Assembly: GCA_964490075.1 (NCBI GenBank)
Contig: CAZBBK010000001.1
Location: forward strand, 248,001 to 276,304
DNA: 28,304 nt
Source: an uncultured Gemmatimonadota bacterium
GTDB taxonomy: Bacteria; GCA-2686955
Reading direction: 5' to 3'
Position 1 is the stretch's first letter. Every line of letters starts with the position of its first letter. The translations under genes were made by a program, and so were the position numbers. This document shows, piece by piece, positions 16,643 to 25,158 of this stretch. The notes under the pieces are model-generated. The model saw nothing but the letters and a program-made list of their open reading frames with translations. It searched no databases and was not told the DNA's origin.

Positions 16643-17527
16643 CTACAGGGTTCCTTCGTTCTGCGGATCACAGCCGCTGATATAGACGCATCCCCACCAG
16701 CTCACGCTGGGATCGGAGTAGACGTTGTCGTACTGCTCGTAGTCCATGCGCGTCCACAGGCTGCTTTCGCTGGGGCCCACGCCGTAGCTCACCGGGCACT
16801 GGTCATCGATCAGGTTGGCATTGCGGCGGTAGAGGTTGTCGATCCAGGAGTCGGCGATCGAGACATTGAACGCGTCGTCGGAGAAGTGCTCGTAGTCGTT
16901 GACGTAGAAGGCGCTGATGTACATATAGCCGTGGAATCCGGTGACCAGATGCAGGCCGTCGAAGGACTCGTGCCAGTCGTCGCTCCACTGATTGTCATCC
17001 ATGCTGTTGCATGAGGAGAGGTGGAGGAACTCGAGATCGCGATCGCCGAGCTCCATGTGCCCCTGCCAAGCCTTGCAGTTGCCGGTACCGGCTTCGTTGA
17101 TGCGCACCTTGCCGTACCAGCGGCCGCTCGACTCTCCGCCGTGCAGACAGACGATCGCGGCATCACCTTCGTCGAGGTAGGTAGTGTCGTTGCCCCAGGC
17201 ATAGGTCCCGGAGTCCACGAACCATGAGTCGGCGATGCTGCCATTGACGGTGCGACGATCACGGGAGAAGGCGCGACTGTCGTGGCCGGAGGGAGTGGGG
17301 TCGGTGTTGGTGATGTCGTCGTACCAGTTGTCGGCGTAGTTGTCCCACGAATTGCGCGTGGAGCCGGAGCAGCTATAGTCCCATGAGGTGATGGCGTAGA
17401 CCTGCGCCTCCAGCGCATGCGCCGTGCCGGCGATCGGTCCCGCCCCAAGAGCGGCGAGCAGCGCGGCGCAGGCGGTTCCGAAGCGGGCGGAAGGAGCGAT
17501 TCGAAGATGACGTGACGCGACATTCAT
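16643..17527 (-). CDS. Secreted DUF6345-family protein (caspase-like fold, His/Cys dyad)
   Basis: Signal peptide ending in AHA; DAAIVCLHGG...MELGDRDLEFLHLSSC...WHESFDGLHLVTGFHG; AAGGA RBS before ATG 17527. Confidence 0.82.
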   Translation of the reverse strand: MNVASRHLRIAPSARFGTACAALLAALGAGPIAGTAHALEAQVYAITSWDYSCSGSTRNSWDNYADNWYDDITNTDPTPSGHDSRAFSRDRRTVNGSIADSWFVDSGTYAWGNDTTYLDEGDAAIVCLHGGESSGRWYGKVRINEAGTGNCKAWQGHMELGDRDLEFLHLSSCNSMDDNQWSDDWHESFDGLHLVTGFHGYMYISAFYVNDYEHFSDDAFNVSIADSWIDNLYRRNANLIDDQCPVSYGVGPSESSLWTRMDYEQYDNVYSDPSVSWWGCVYISGCDPQNEGTL

Positions 17528-17717
17528 GTCGGTTCCTTTCGTCGAGATGAGAAGGCGAGCGGGACGGTTCGGGAAGTAGAGCCGGAAGGAACGGGCTTCT
17601 TGCCACCGCGAATCGATTCCGCCCACTTGCCGGGTCGCCGCGCCTCGTGCTCGATCCGCCCTTCGACGCGATCACGGCCCCGGCGCAAGAGCCGGAGCCG
17701 TTTTCGAGTCCGGAGCT

Positions 17718-18731
17718 CTACCTCCAGAGCTGCTCGGTCGCGGTGCCGCTGATCGAGTTGAGGGTGCTCCAGCGCTCCGTGCCACCGTAGGAGACCTTCC
17801 ACCGGCTGCCATTGGTACGGAACACGTCCGCCCGACCGTCACCATCGAAGTCGCCGAAGGCTAGATCCTCCGCCACGAACTGCGATCTGGCCAGAGTGGT
17901 CTTGTCCCACGACGAGGTGCCGCTCCAGGACACCCACCAGCGTGAGCCCGTGCCATAGAAGACATCGTCCTCGTTGTCGCCGTTGAAATCGGCGAAGGCG
18001 AGAACATCGCAGGTCATGCCGGAGACACCCAGGCGCTCCCAGGACTCCGTTCCGCTCCACGAGACGTACCAGCGGGAGCCATCGGGCCGGAAGACATCCG
18101 CCCGACCGTCACCATCGAAGTCGGCCAGGGCCAGGACTTGCTCCCTCGGGTAGGTCTCCCAAAGCTCGAAACCGGACCGGATGATGCCATACCAGTTGCT
18201 GGTGCCTCCGTAGGAAGCCAACCAGTAGGGTCCGCCACCGTAGGTCGTGGTGAAGACGTCGGTCTTGCCATCGTCGTTGAAGTCCGCGAACGCCAGCTGC
18301 GGCACATACTGATAGGTGGTGTGCTGGCCATAGGACTGAGACTCCCGACGAAGGAGACCCCATTCCGCCGGCCAACCGGAATTGAGGGTTCGCCAGGAAT
18401 CGGTGGCGCCATCGCTGACCTTCCACACATCGCTCGTCGAGCGGAACACGTCCGTCCTGCCGTCGCCGTCGAAGTCGCCGAAGGCGATCGCGTCCATGTC
18501 GAAGCCGGAGTTGTTGACGTCCTGGAAGGCGCTCGTCCCGCTCCAGGAAATCCACCAGTCGCTCCCGTCGGCGTGGAAGACGTCCGTGATTCCGTCCGCG
18601 TCGAAGTCCGCCAGCACCAGGTTCCGGACCGAAGGGTAATCGTGCAAAGTGGTCGCCTCGGCGAGGCCGGGCAGAAGGATGGAGGACGCGCCGATCGTCG
18701 CGGCGCCGCGGATGAATTTGCGTATCTCCAA
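17718..18731 (-). CDS. Secreted FG-GAP/VCBS repeat beta-propeller protein
   Basis: Six repeats of (A/G)DF(D/N)xDxxxDVF...W.(V/I/A)S..(G)T..W. TTG start at 18731 with GGAG RBS and a signal peptide ending in AEA. Confidence 0.88.
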   Translation of the reverse strand: MEIRKFIRGAATIGASSILLPGLAEATTLHDYPSVRNLVLADFDADGITDVFHADGSDWWISWSGTSAFQDVNNSGFDMDAIAFGDFDGDGRTDVFRSTSDVWKVSDGATDSWRTLNSGWPAEWGLLRRESQSYGQHTTYQYVPQLAFADFNDDGKTDVFTTTYGGGPYWLASYGGTSNWYGIIRSGFELWETYPREQVLALADFDGDGRADVFRPDGSRWYVSWSGTESWERLGVSGMTCDVLAFADFNGDNEDDVFYGTGSRWWVSWSGTSSWDKTTLARSQFVAEDLAFGDFDGDGRADVFRTNGSRWKVSYGGTERWSTLNSISGTATEQLWR

Positions 18732-19016
18732 TTGCTCTCTCCAGAAAAAGGGTCCCAAGGGTCGGGGAAGAACGATCCCCGGCGCCGACGCGGAATATCC
18801 GGTCGCCGCAGAACCACTGCGCGGCGCTGCCGTGAGAGCCCTCGAGGCCAGCGCCTTTCCCATGCTCCCGTCCCGCCAGGAAGGCGGAACCATGCGAATG
18901 TCATCCTTGCTCCTTTCGCCATGAGCTTGCTCACGCGTGTACGAGGAACATGATCGAGACGGTTCTGTAACTGAAGCCCGGCCGTATCGAGTTCTCGCCG
19001 CGAAGAACCGGCATAA

Positions 19017-19637
19017 TTGCCTCTGATCACCAACCAAGGAGGTACACGATGGCCACCAGTCAACACGGCTCCCGGCTGTCGCTCGCTGATCGACGAGATC
19101 TTCGACTCGCTGCGGAGACTGCCGGAGGAGAAGCGCGCCGGTCTGCAGGTGCAACCGCGCGCGCGCGGCCAGGGGGCTGCATCGACATGGTCCTACTCGA
19201 TCGATCTTCCTCAGGCAGATTTCCCGTGTGCCGATGGCAGCGCCGCGGCGCGGACGGTCGAGGCGTTGTGCGGAGTCGTGGGTGAGGTGTTGGCGACCGC
19301 TACGGGAACAAACGCCGAGAGCGCCTTCTCGGAGTTGGCCGGCGCGATCGCCGCGGGCCAGGGAGAAGGCACCTCCTTCATGTCCGAGGAGACCTTCGCG
19401 CCGCTGGAAGTCGGCAGGGGTCTGTACGTGGCGGTCGAGCTCGGCAAGCTGCTGGAACTGGCCGCGACGACCATGTCCCCAGAGGCACAGTTCTTCATGC
19501 CACGCGTCGACGGACTCGACGGCCGCCTGGTCTACGGTTTCAGCCTGGCGCCCGGCGGGCTCTCCGTCGACGTCGCGCTGCCACTCGCTTTTTTCGCAGA
19601 AATGACGAGCAGGATGCCGGAGCCAGAGAAGGAGTAG
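19017..19637 (+). CDS. Hypothetical protein; true start is probably ATG 19049 with a frameshift near 19079
   Basis: Coding-like frame from about 19083 to 19637. A strong AAGGAGGT RBS precedes the out-of-frame ATG 19049. Confidence 0.55.
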   Translation: MPLITNQGGTRWPPVNTAPGCRSLIDEIFDSLRRLPEEKRAGLQVQPRARGQGAASTWSYSIDLPQADFPCADGSAAARTVEALCGVVGEVLATATGTNAESAFSELAGAIAAGQGEGTSFMSEETFAPLEVGRGLYVAVELGKLLELAATTMSPEAQFFMPRVDGLDGRLVYGFSLAPGGLSVDVALPLAFFAEMTSRMPEPEKE

Positions 19638-19655
19638 TCCACCGCTCGCACCTCC

Positions 19656-21905
19656 TCACCAATCACGCAGCGCCAGCAACCCCGTCGCTCCCAGGTAGGC
19701 CCCCGCCCCCACCAGCAGCCCATCGCTGAACCCCCAGATCATGGCGATCACCACCGCCGCCACCGAGCCGGTCACCGACACCATTCCGTTGATCGCCCAG
19801 GCCCATGGAATGCGCTCGGGACCGCTCCCCGCCAGGCGTGCGAGACCGAGCGGAAAAGGCATTCCCATCGCGAATCCGGCCAGAGCCGCCAACGCCGCGA
19901 CCAGGGTCGCTCGGCCGGCGAAGCCCCAACCCAGCGCTCCCTGCAGCAACGACGACAATCCCCACCACGAGAGCAGAGCCAGCACCACCACCGCCGCCGG
20001 CGCCGCCCAGGGCCGGCGCCCGACCCGCGTGCTGGCGACACTTCCGGCGCCGCCGCCGAGCAGCAGCGCCCCCAGCGTCACCGCCAACGAATGCGCCGGT
20101 GCCCCGAGAAAAAACGATGCCTTGTGCACCAGGGCGATCTCGACCAGCGCGAAACCCCCACCGAGGAGCGCGAAGTAGCCCAGCCACGCCGCCCGGCGCC
20201 CGATCCCCTTGCCGCCGTCGCGCAACGAGCGCCCGGCCGCCAGCGCGACCCCCGCCGCCGCGATCAGCGACCCGATCAACATCGCCAGCAGCTCGCCCGG
20301 CACTCCGGGCGTCCACTTGTAGAAGAAGGGGCGTTCGTCGGTCGGCGGCGCCAGGTCGACATTCTGGATCCGCCCCAGCTCCGAGATCCAGGTGTCGATC
20401 CCCACATCGGTGACCTGCACGCACAGGCTCTCGATCAGCGATCCGGTCTGCACCGCGCGCCGCCCCGGCTCCCGGGTCCAGAGCTGCAGCTCGAGCCCCT
20501 GGCGACCGTGCAGCTGGCTGGCCGCCCGCAGATCGGCCTCGTCGAAGGGCCGCGCGCGCGCCAGGAAGAGGTAGCGCATCACCCCCAGCTCGTTGGGCTG
20601 GCGAAGCACCGCCACGTGACGCATCGCCCCTGCGTCATCGAGCCCGCGCCGCACCCAGCGCCGCTGCGTCATGCCGAAGAGCTTGAGCATATCGGCCTCG
20701 CCATAGGCAACGATCGCCAGCAGCCCCTCGTCGGTCAGATGGGCGTAGTAATCCTCGAGCGCCTCGACGCTCATCAGGTAGTTCTCGACCAACTGGTAGC
20801 CGGCCAGATTGGCGCTGCGCTGCGAGCGCGGCAGCGAGATGTAGATCAGGTCCCAGCGCCGCTCGGTGGCACGCAAGAAGCTGCGCGCCTCGCGCACTTC
20901 CAGCTCCACTCCCCGACGCCGATAGATGTCGCCCGCGTAGTCGGCCGCGTCATTCACCAGCTCGACCATGTCGGGGTTGATCTCGACCGCCGTGACCCGC
21001 TGCGCGCCGTGGCTCAGCGCCAGCAGTACATCCCGCCCGCCGCCGGACCCCAACACCAGCGCGTCATCGATCGGTCGCAGCCGAAACGCCGCCGCGCCCA
21101 CGAAATCGTCGAAGCGCGGCATCTCCTCGTCCACGCCCGACCAGCGCAAGAGCGGTGCGGGCGCGGCCCCGTCGGTGTAGAGGATCTTCTCGTCCTCGAT
21201 CTCAGCCACCGACACCAGGTCGGTGCGCGCGAAGCCGCTCCAGCGCGATGCCTCGATATGCGGCGTGTAGTTGCGACGCGCCTCGGCGAACTCCTTGTCC
21301 GACCGCCCGCCGACCTGCGCCGCCGGCAGCAGCCAGGGCGCGGCCACCGCCCAACCAAGGAGCACGATGAGCAAGATGCGAGCCCAGGGATCGGAGCGCC
21401 GCGAGCCCGCCGCCTCGATCGCCGCCGCGCCGCCCGCCGCCAGAGCGCTGACCGCCACCGTCCCGGTCGCCCCGAGCGCCGCCAAGAGGGGAAAGACCAC
21501 GACGCAGCCGGCCGCCGACCCCGCCAGACTGGCCCCGTAGAGCCCGCCCACGCCCTGTCCCGCGCTCCGCAAGGCCGACGCCAGAAAGGCGCCCGCGGCG
21601 ACGAAGGCCAGCGCCGCCGGCAGGGCCGGGATCAGCGCCGTGGGCACGTTCGGAAGGAGCAGAATCACGGCCAGCGTGAAGCAAATTCCGAGCCCGAAGA
21701 GCGTTGCGTGACGCGCCTCGCACCCCTCTTGACGCAGCCCAGATCGCGTCACCAGCGCCCCGCCAAGGCCCAGTCCACAGAGCGCCACCGACACCCCGAG
21801 AAAGGTGTAGTGATAGGAGAAGACCAGCGAGAAGAGCCGGGTCAAGACGATCTGAAAAGTCATCACCGAGGCGGATACCAGGGCGACGGTCAGGCGCGTG
21901 CGCAT
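19656..21905 (-). CDS. Membrane-embedded spermidine synthase-like / class I SAM-dependent methyltransferase-fold protein
   Basis: N- and C-terminal TM bundles flank ALVLGSGGGRDV...VTAVEINP; also TDERPFF, GMPFPLGL and WAWAING family motifs. Confidence 0.9.
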   Translation of the reverse strand: MRTRLTVALVSASVMTFQIVLTRLFSLVFSYHYTFLGVSVALCGLGLGGALVTRSGLRQEGCEARHATLFGLGICFTLAVILLLPNVPTALIPALPAALAFVAAGAFLASALRSAGQGVGGLYGASLAGSAAGCVVVFPLLAALGATGTVAVSALAAGGAAAIEAAGSRRSDPWARILLIVLLGWAVAAPWLLPAAQVGGRSDKEFAEARRNYTPHIEASRWSGFARTDLVSVAEIEDEKILYTDGAAPAPLLRWSGVDEEMPRFDDFVGAAAFRLRPIDDALVLGSGGGRDVLLALSHGAQRVTAVEINPDMVELVNDAADYAGDIYRRRGVELEVREARSFLRATERRWDLIYISLPRSQRSANLAGYQLVENYLMSVEALEDYYAHLTDEGLLAIVAYGEADMLKLFGMTQRRWVRRGLDDAGAMRHVAVLRQPNELGVMRYLFLARARPFDEADLRAASQLHGRQGLELQLWTREPGRRAVQTGSLIESLCVQVTDVGIDTWISELGRIQNVDLAPPTDERPFFYKWTPGVPGELLAMLIGSLIAAAGVALAAGRSLRDGGKGIGRRAAWLGYFALLGGGFALVEIALVHKASFFLGAPAHSLAVTLGALLLGGGAGSVASTRVGRRPWAAPAAVVVLALLSWWGLSSLLQGALGWGFAGRATLVAALAALAGFAMGMPFPLGLARLAGSGPERIPWAWAINGMVSVTGSVAAVVIAMIWGFSDGLLVGAGAYLGATGLLALRDW

Positions 21906-22107
21906 CGATTCCCCGGGCGGATGGACGTGAAAGCCGGCACGAATCGGTGCAGTCTAGCCCGAAGACCGCGCGGCGGAGCGACCTGTCGACATCGGGCCCT
22001 TTCGATCCCCGGTGGGAGCGGGGGAAGCCGCGGTTAGAGTGATCTCGGGGTCCGCGCGTGGTTCCTTGCGTCGTCCCCCCGATCGCCAACGAGAGGATCA
22101 CCGAATC

Positions 22108-25095
22108 ATGGTTCGAGCTCCCCTGGCGCTGGCGCCGGCGCTGGCCGCCGCCCTCGCGCACGCCATCACGATCCGGGTTCCCGGCGACGAGGCCACGATC
22201 CAGGCGGCCATCGATGCGGCACGGGACGGCGATCGGGTGCTGGTGCAGCCTGGCACCTACCACGAGGCGCTCGACTTCCGAGGCAAACGCATCGTCGTCA
22301 GCGGCAGGGCGCCGGGCGACAGCGCCGTGGTCAAGGCCACGGTGATCGATGCGTCGACGGCCGATTGCGGGGATTCGTGCAGCGTGGTGCGCTTTGTCTC
22401 CGGAGAAGGACCGCGCTCGATCCTGGCGGGTTTCACGCTCACCGGCGGCAGCGGCATCGTGGTCGGGGGCACCATGTGGACCTCGAGCACGGTCGGAGGA
22501 GGGATCTACTGCGCCGGCGCTTCGCCGACGATCATCGGCTGCCTGGTGCGCGACAACCGCGCGCTCGGCGAGGGGCCCGTCGGGGGCTGGGGAGGAGGCG
22601 CTCACTGCCGCCAGGGCGCCGCGCCGCTCTTCACGGAGTGCCGATTGCTGCGCAACTCCGCGGACGAGGGCGGTGGCGGGATCCACTGCCGCCGCTCGGC
22701 CCCGACTCTGCGACGCTGCAATCTCAACGCCAACACCTGCCCCAGGGGCGGAGGGCTCTATTGCGAGTCGGCCGCTCCGCGCCTCGAGCGCTGCATCATC
22801 GCCGGCAACAGGACGCTAGGAGAGCTGCGCGGCTGGCGCACGAGCGCCGGAGCCGGCCTCTATTGCCAGTCCTCCGCCCCCCATCTCGATCGTTGCACGA
22901 TCAGCGCGAATGTCGCCCTCGAAGGTGGCGCGCTCTACAGCGACGACTCCGCTCCCGTCGTCACCAACAGCATTCTGTGGGACAACGCATCGCGGGAAAT
23001 CGTCGTGCTCTCGGGAGAGCCGATCCTGAGCTACTCCGATATCGAGGGGGGCTGGCCGGGCGAGGGCAACATCGACGCCGATCCGCGTTTCTGCGACGTC
23101 GTCTGCGGCCGTCTCGCCGATCTTCGGCTGGCTGTCGACTCTCCCTGTCTGGGCAGCGGTGAAGACGGCGGCGACATGGGCGTCTGGGGAGCTGGCTGCG
23201 ACCGGCCGGTCGAGGTAGGGAGCGGGGCGGTCTTGGAGGTGCCCGGAACCATCTCGACCATCGGTGAAGCCCTGGCGAGCGCGTGCGAGAACGACACCGT
23301 CGTGATCGCTCCCGGGAGCTACCTGGAGCATTCCCTCGCGGTCCCGGAGCTTGGCATCGTGGTGCGCGGCTGGGACCCCGCCGACTCCGCCATCGTGGCG
23401 GCAACGGTCATCGACGGCGGGGGCGAGCAGGTGCTGCATTTCGAATCCGCCTTCCCGTTTCGGCCCAGCCGCCTGGCGGGTGTCACGGTGACCGGCGGCG
23501 AGCCCGGCATCGGCTGCCTGTTCTCGTCGCCGACCCTCCTCGCTTGCATGATCCGCGCCAACTCGGGAAGGCGCGATGGCGGTGGGATCTACTGCAACCG
23601 GCTCTCCAGCCCAACGCTCAGGGGCTGCACCATTCGCGACAACTCCACTCCCTTGGGCGGCGGGGGAATCTGGTGCGAAAGAGACTCCTCTCCGTGGATC
23701 GAGCGTTGCCTGATCAGCGCCAACTACGCGGGCAACGGCGGCGGCGGCGTGCTCTGCGGATCTGCATCGGCCCCGACTTTCGAGCGCTGCGTGATCAGCG
23801 ACAACTCCACGAACAGCTGCGGAGGCGGACTCTACTGCGAGGGAGGAGGTGCGCCGCTGCTTTCGGGCTGCAGCGTTCACACCAATACGGCGCGTTGGGA
23901 TGGCGGCGGATTGTGTTGTCGCGAGAGCTCCCCGACCCTGGATGGAAGCATCATCCGCGACAATTCCGCCGAACGCAGCGGCGGCGGCATCTTCGTTGAA
24001 AACCACGCCTCTCCGGTGCTGACGGGCCGCACGATCACCGGCAACTCGGCCACCGAGGGAGGAGGCCTCAACTGCTCGCTCGACTGCACGCCGATCCTCG
24101 ACGATTGTCTGATCGCGAGCAACTCCGCGTCCGGCACATCATCCGGTGTCGGCGGCGGCATCTACTGCGATCGATCCTCGCCTGTCCTGACCCGCTGCAC
24201 GGTAGTCGCGAACAGCGCCGAACACCGCGGAGGCGGCCTCTACTGCGACGAGTCCTCGCCTCTCCTGACCGAGTGCGGCATCTCCCGAAACGCGGCGCTG
24301 GACGGATGGGATTCCAGAGGCGGCGGGCTCTACTGCTCAGGCTTCTGCGATCCAGCGCTGACCGACTGCTCGATCGTCGCCAACTCGGCGACGAAGGGCG
24401 GCGGGCTCTACTGTGCGTTCGCCTGGCCGACACTGACCGGATGCACGATCGCCGGCAACTCGGCCGATGCGAATCTGTCTCTCGGTGCCGGCGGCGGCGT
24501 CTACGGCGACGCCTCGCGATCGATATTCACCAACTGTATCATTCGCGACAACTGGGCTGGCGACGAGGGCGGAGGACTGTGCCTCTGGAACGAGGCCGAA
24601 CCGAGGCTCGAAAACTGTCTCATCAGCGGCAACGGCTGCGGGCGCGAAGGCGGGGGAATCACCTGCGGGCAGTACTCCAGTCCAAGGCTGAGCAACTGCA
24701 CCTTCGCCCAAAACACCGCCGGCTGGCGTGGGGGCGGATTGCTGTGCATTCGTGGGAACCCGGAATTGGTGAACTGCATTCTCTGGCATGACGCCCCCGA
24801 GGAGATCGTGGCGCTCGCCTCGACTCCGCTGATCCGCTACTCGGACGTCCAGGGCGGGTGGACCGGCGAGGGCAACATCGACACGGCGCCGCTGTTCCGC
24901 ACCTTCGGCGACCACGAGTATCTGCTCGCCCCCCGCTCTCCCTGCGTCGACGCCGGTGATCCGACCATCGAAGACGGCATCTCCGACTGGCATCCGCGCT
25001 GGCCGCGGCGCTTCCCCAACGGCCCCCGATCCGACATGGGGGCGACCGGCGGGCCGGGCAACCGCCGCTTGCCACGCGATCGCCTCGGGACATAG
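22108..25095 (+). CDS. Large secreted Cys-rich right-handed beta-helix repeat protein (polymorphic-membrane-protein-like GGG[IL]xC repeats), two tandem modules
   Basis: Signal peptide ending in AHA; IRVPGDEATIQAAIDAARDGDRVLVQPGTY start motif repeated mid-protein; about 20 GGG(I/L)xC coils; SPCVDAGDP...SDMGATGG end; GAGAGGA RBS. Confidence 0.92.
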   Translation: MVRAPLALAPALAAALAHAITIRVPGDEATIQAAIDAARDGDRVLVQPGTYHEALDFRGKRIVVSGRAPGDSAVVKATVIDASTADCGDSCSVVRFVSGEGPRSILAGFTLTGGSGIVVGGTMWTSSTVGGGIYCAGASPTIIGCLVRDNRALGEGPVGGWGGGAHCRQGAAPLFTECRLLRNSADEGGGGIHCRRSAPTLRRCNLNANTCPRGGGLYCESAAPRLERCIIAGNRTLGELRGWRTSAGAGLYCQSSAPHLDRCTISANVALEGGALYSDDSAPVVTNSILWDNASREIVVLSGEPILSYSDIEGGWPGEGNIDADPRFCDVVCGRLADLRLAVDSPCLGSGEDGGDMGVWGAGCDRPVEVGSGAVLEVPGTISTIGEALASACENDTVVIAPGSYLEHSLAVPELGIVVRGWDPADSAIVAATVIDGGGEQVLHFESAFPFRPSRLAGVTVTGGEPGIGCLFSSPTLLACMIRANSGRRDGGGIYCNRLSSPTLRGCTIRDNSTPLGGGGIWCERDSSPWIERCLISANYAGNGGGGVLCGSASAPTFERCVISDNSTNSCGGGLYCEGGGAPLLSGCSVHTNTARWDGGGLCCRESSPTLDGSIIRDNSAERSGGGIFVENHASPVLTGRTITGNSATEGGGLNCSLDCTPILDDCLIASNSASGTSSGVGGGIYCDRSSPVLTRCTVVANSAEHRGGGLYCDESSPLLTECGISRNAALDGWDSRGGGLYCSGFCDPALTDCSIVANSATKGGGLYCAFAWPTLTGCTIAGNSADANLSLGAGGGVYGDASRSIFTNCIIRDNWAGDEGGGLCLWNEAEPRLENCLISGNGCGREGGGITCGQYSSPRLSNCTFAQNTAGWRGGGLLCIRGNPELVNCILWHDAPEEIVALASTPLIRYSDVQGGWTGEGNIDTAPLFRTFGDHEYLLAPRSPCVDAGDPTIEDGISDWHPRWPRRFPNGPRSDMGATGGPGNRRLPRDRLGT

Positions 25096-25158
25096 GGTTC
25101 GGGCGAGAACAGTCTCGCCATCTTTGCGCGAACCCATAGGGTTGCGCGCGGAGGAACC

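Noticed and set aside
19656-21905. Calling the gene speE
   Set aside because: It belongs to the membrane-fused spermidine synthase-like family; aminopropyltransferase activity cannot be inferred from the motifs seen.
23560-24760. Regularly spaced GGCGGCGG...TACTGC repeats as a CRISPR array or DGR-like repeat
   Set aside because: Degenerate, in-frame and explained by the GGGLYC protein coils; no cas or reverse transcriptase gene in the window.
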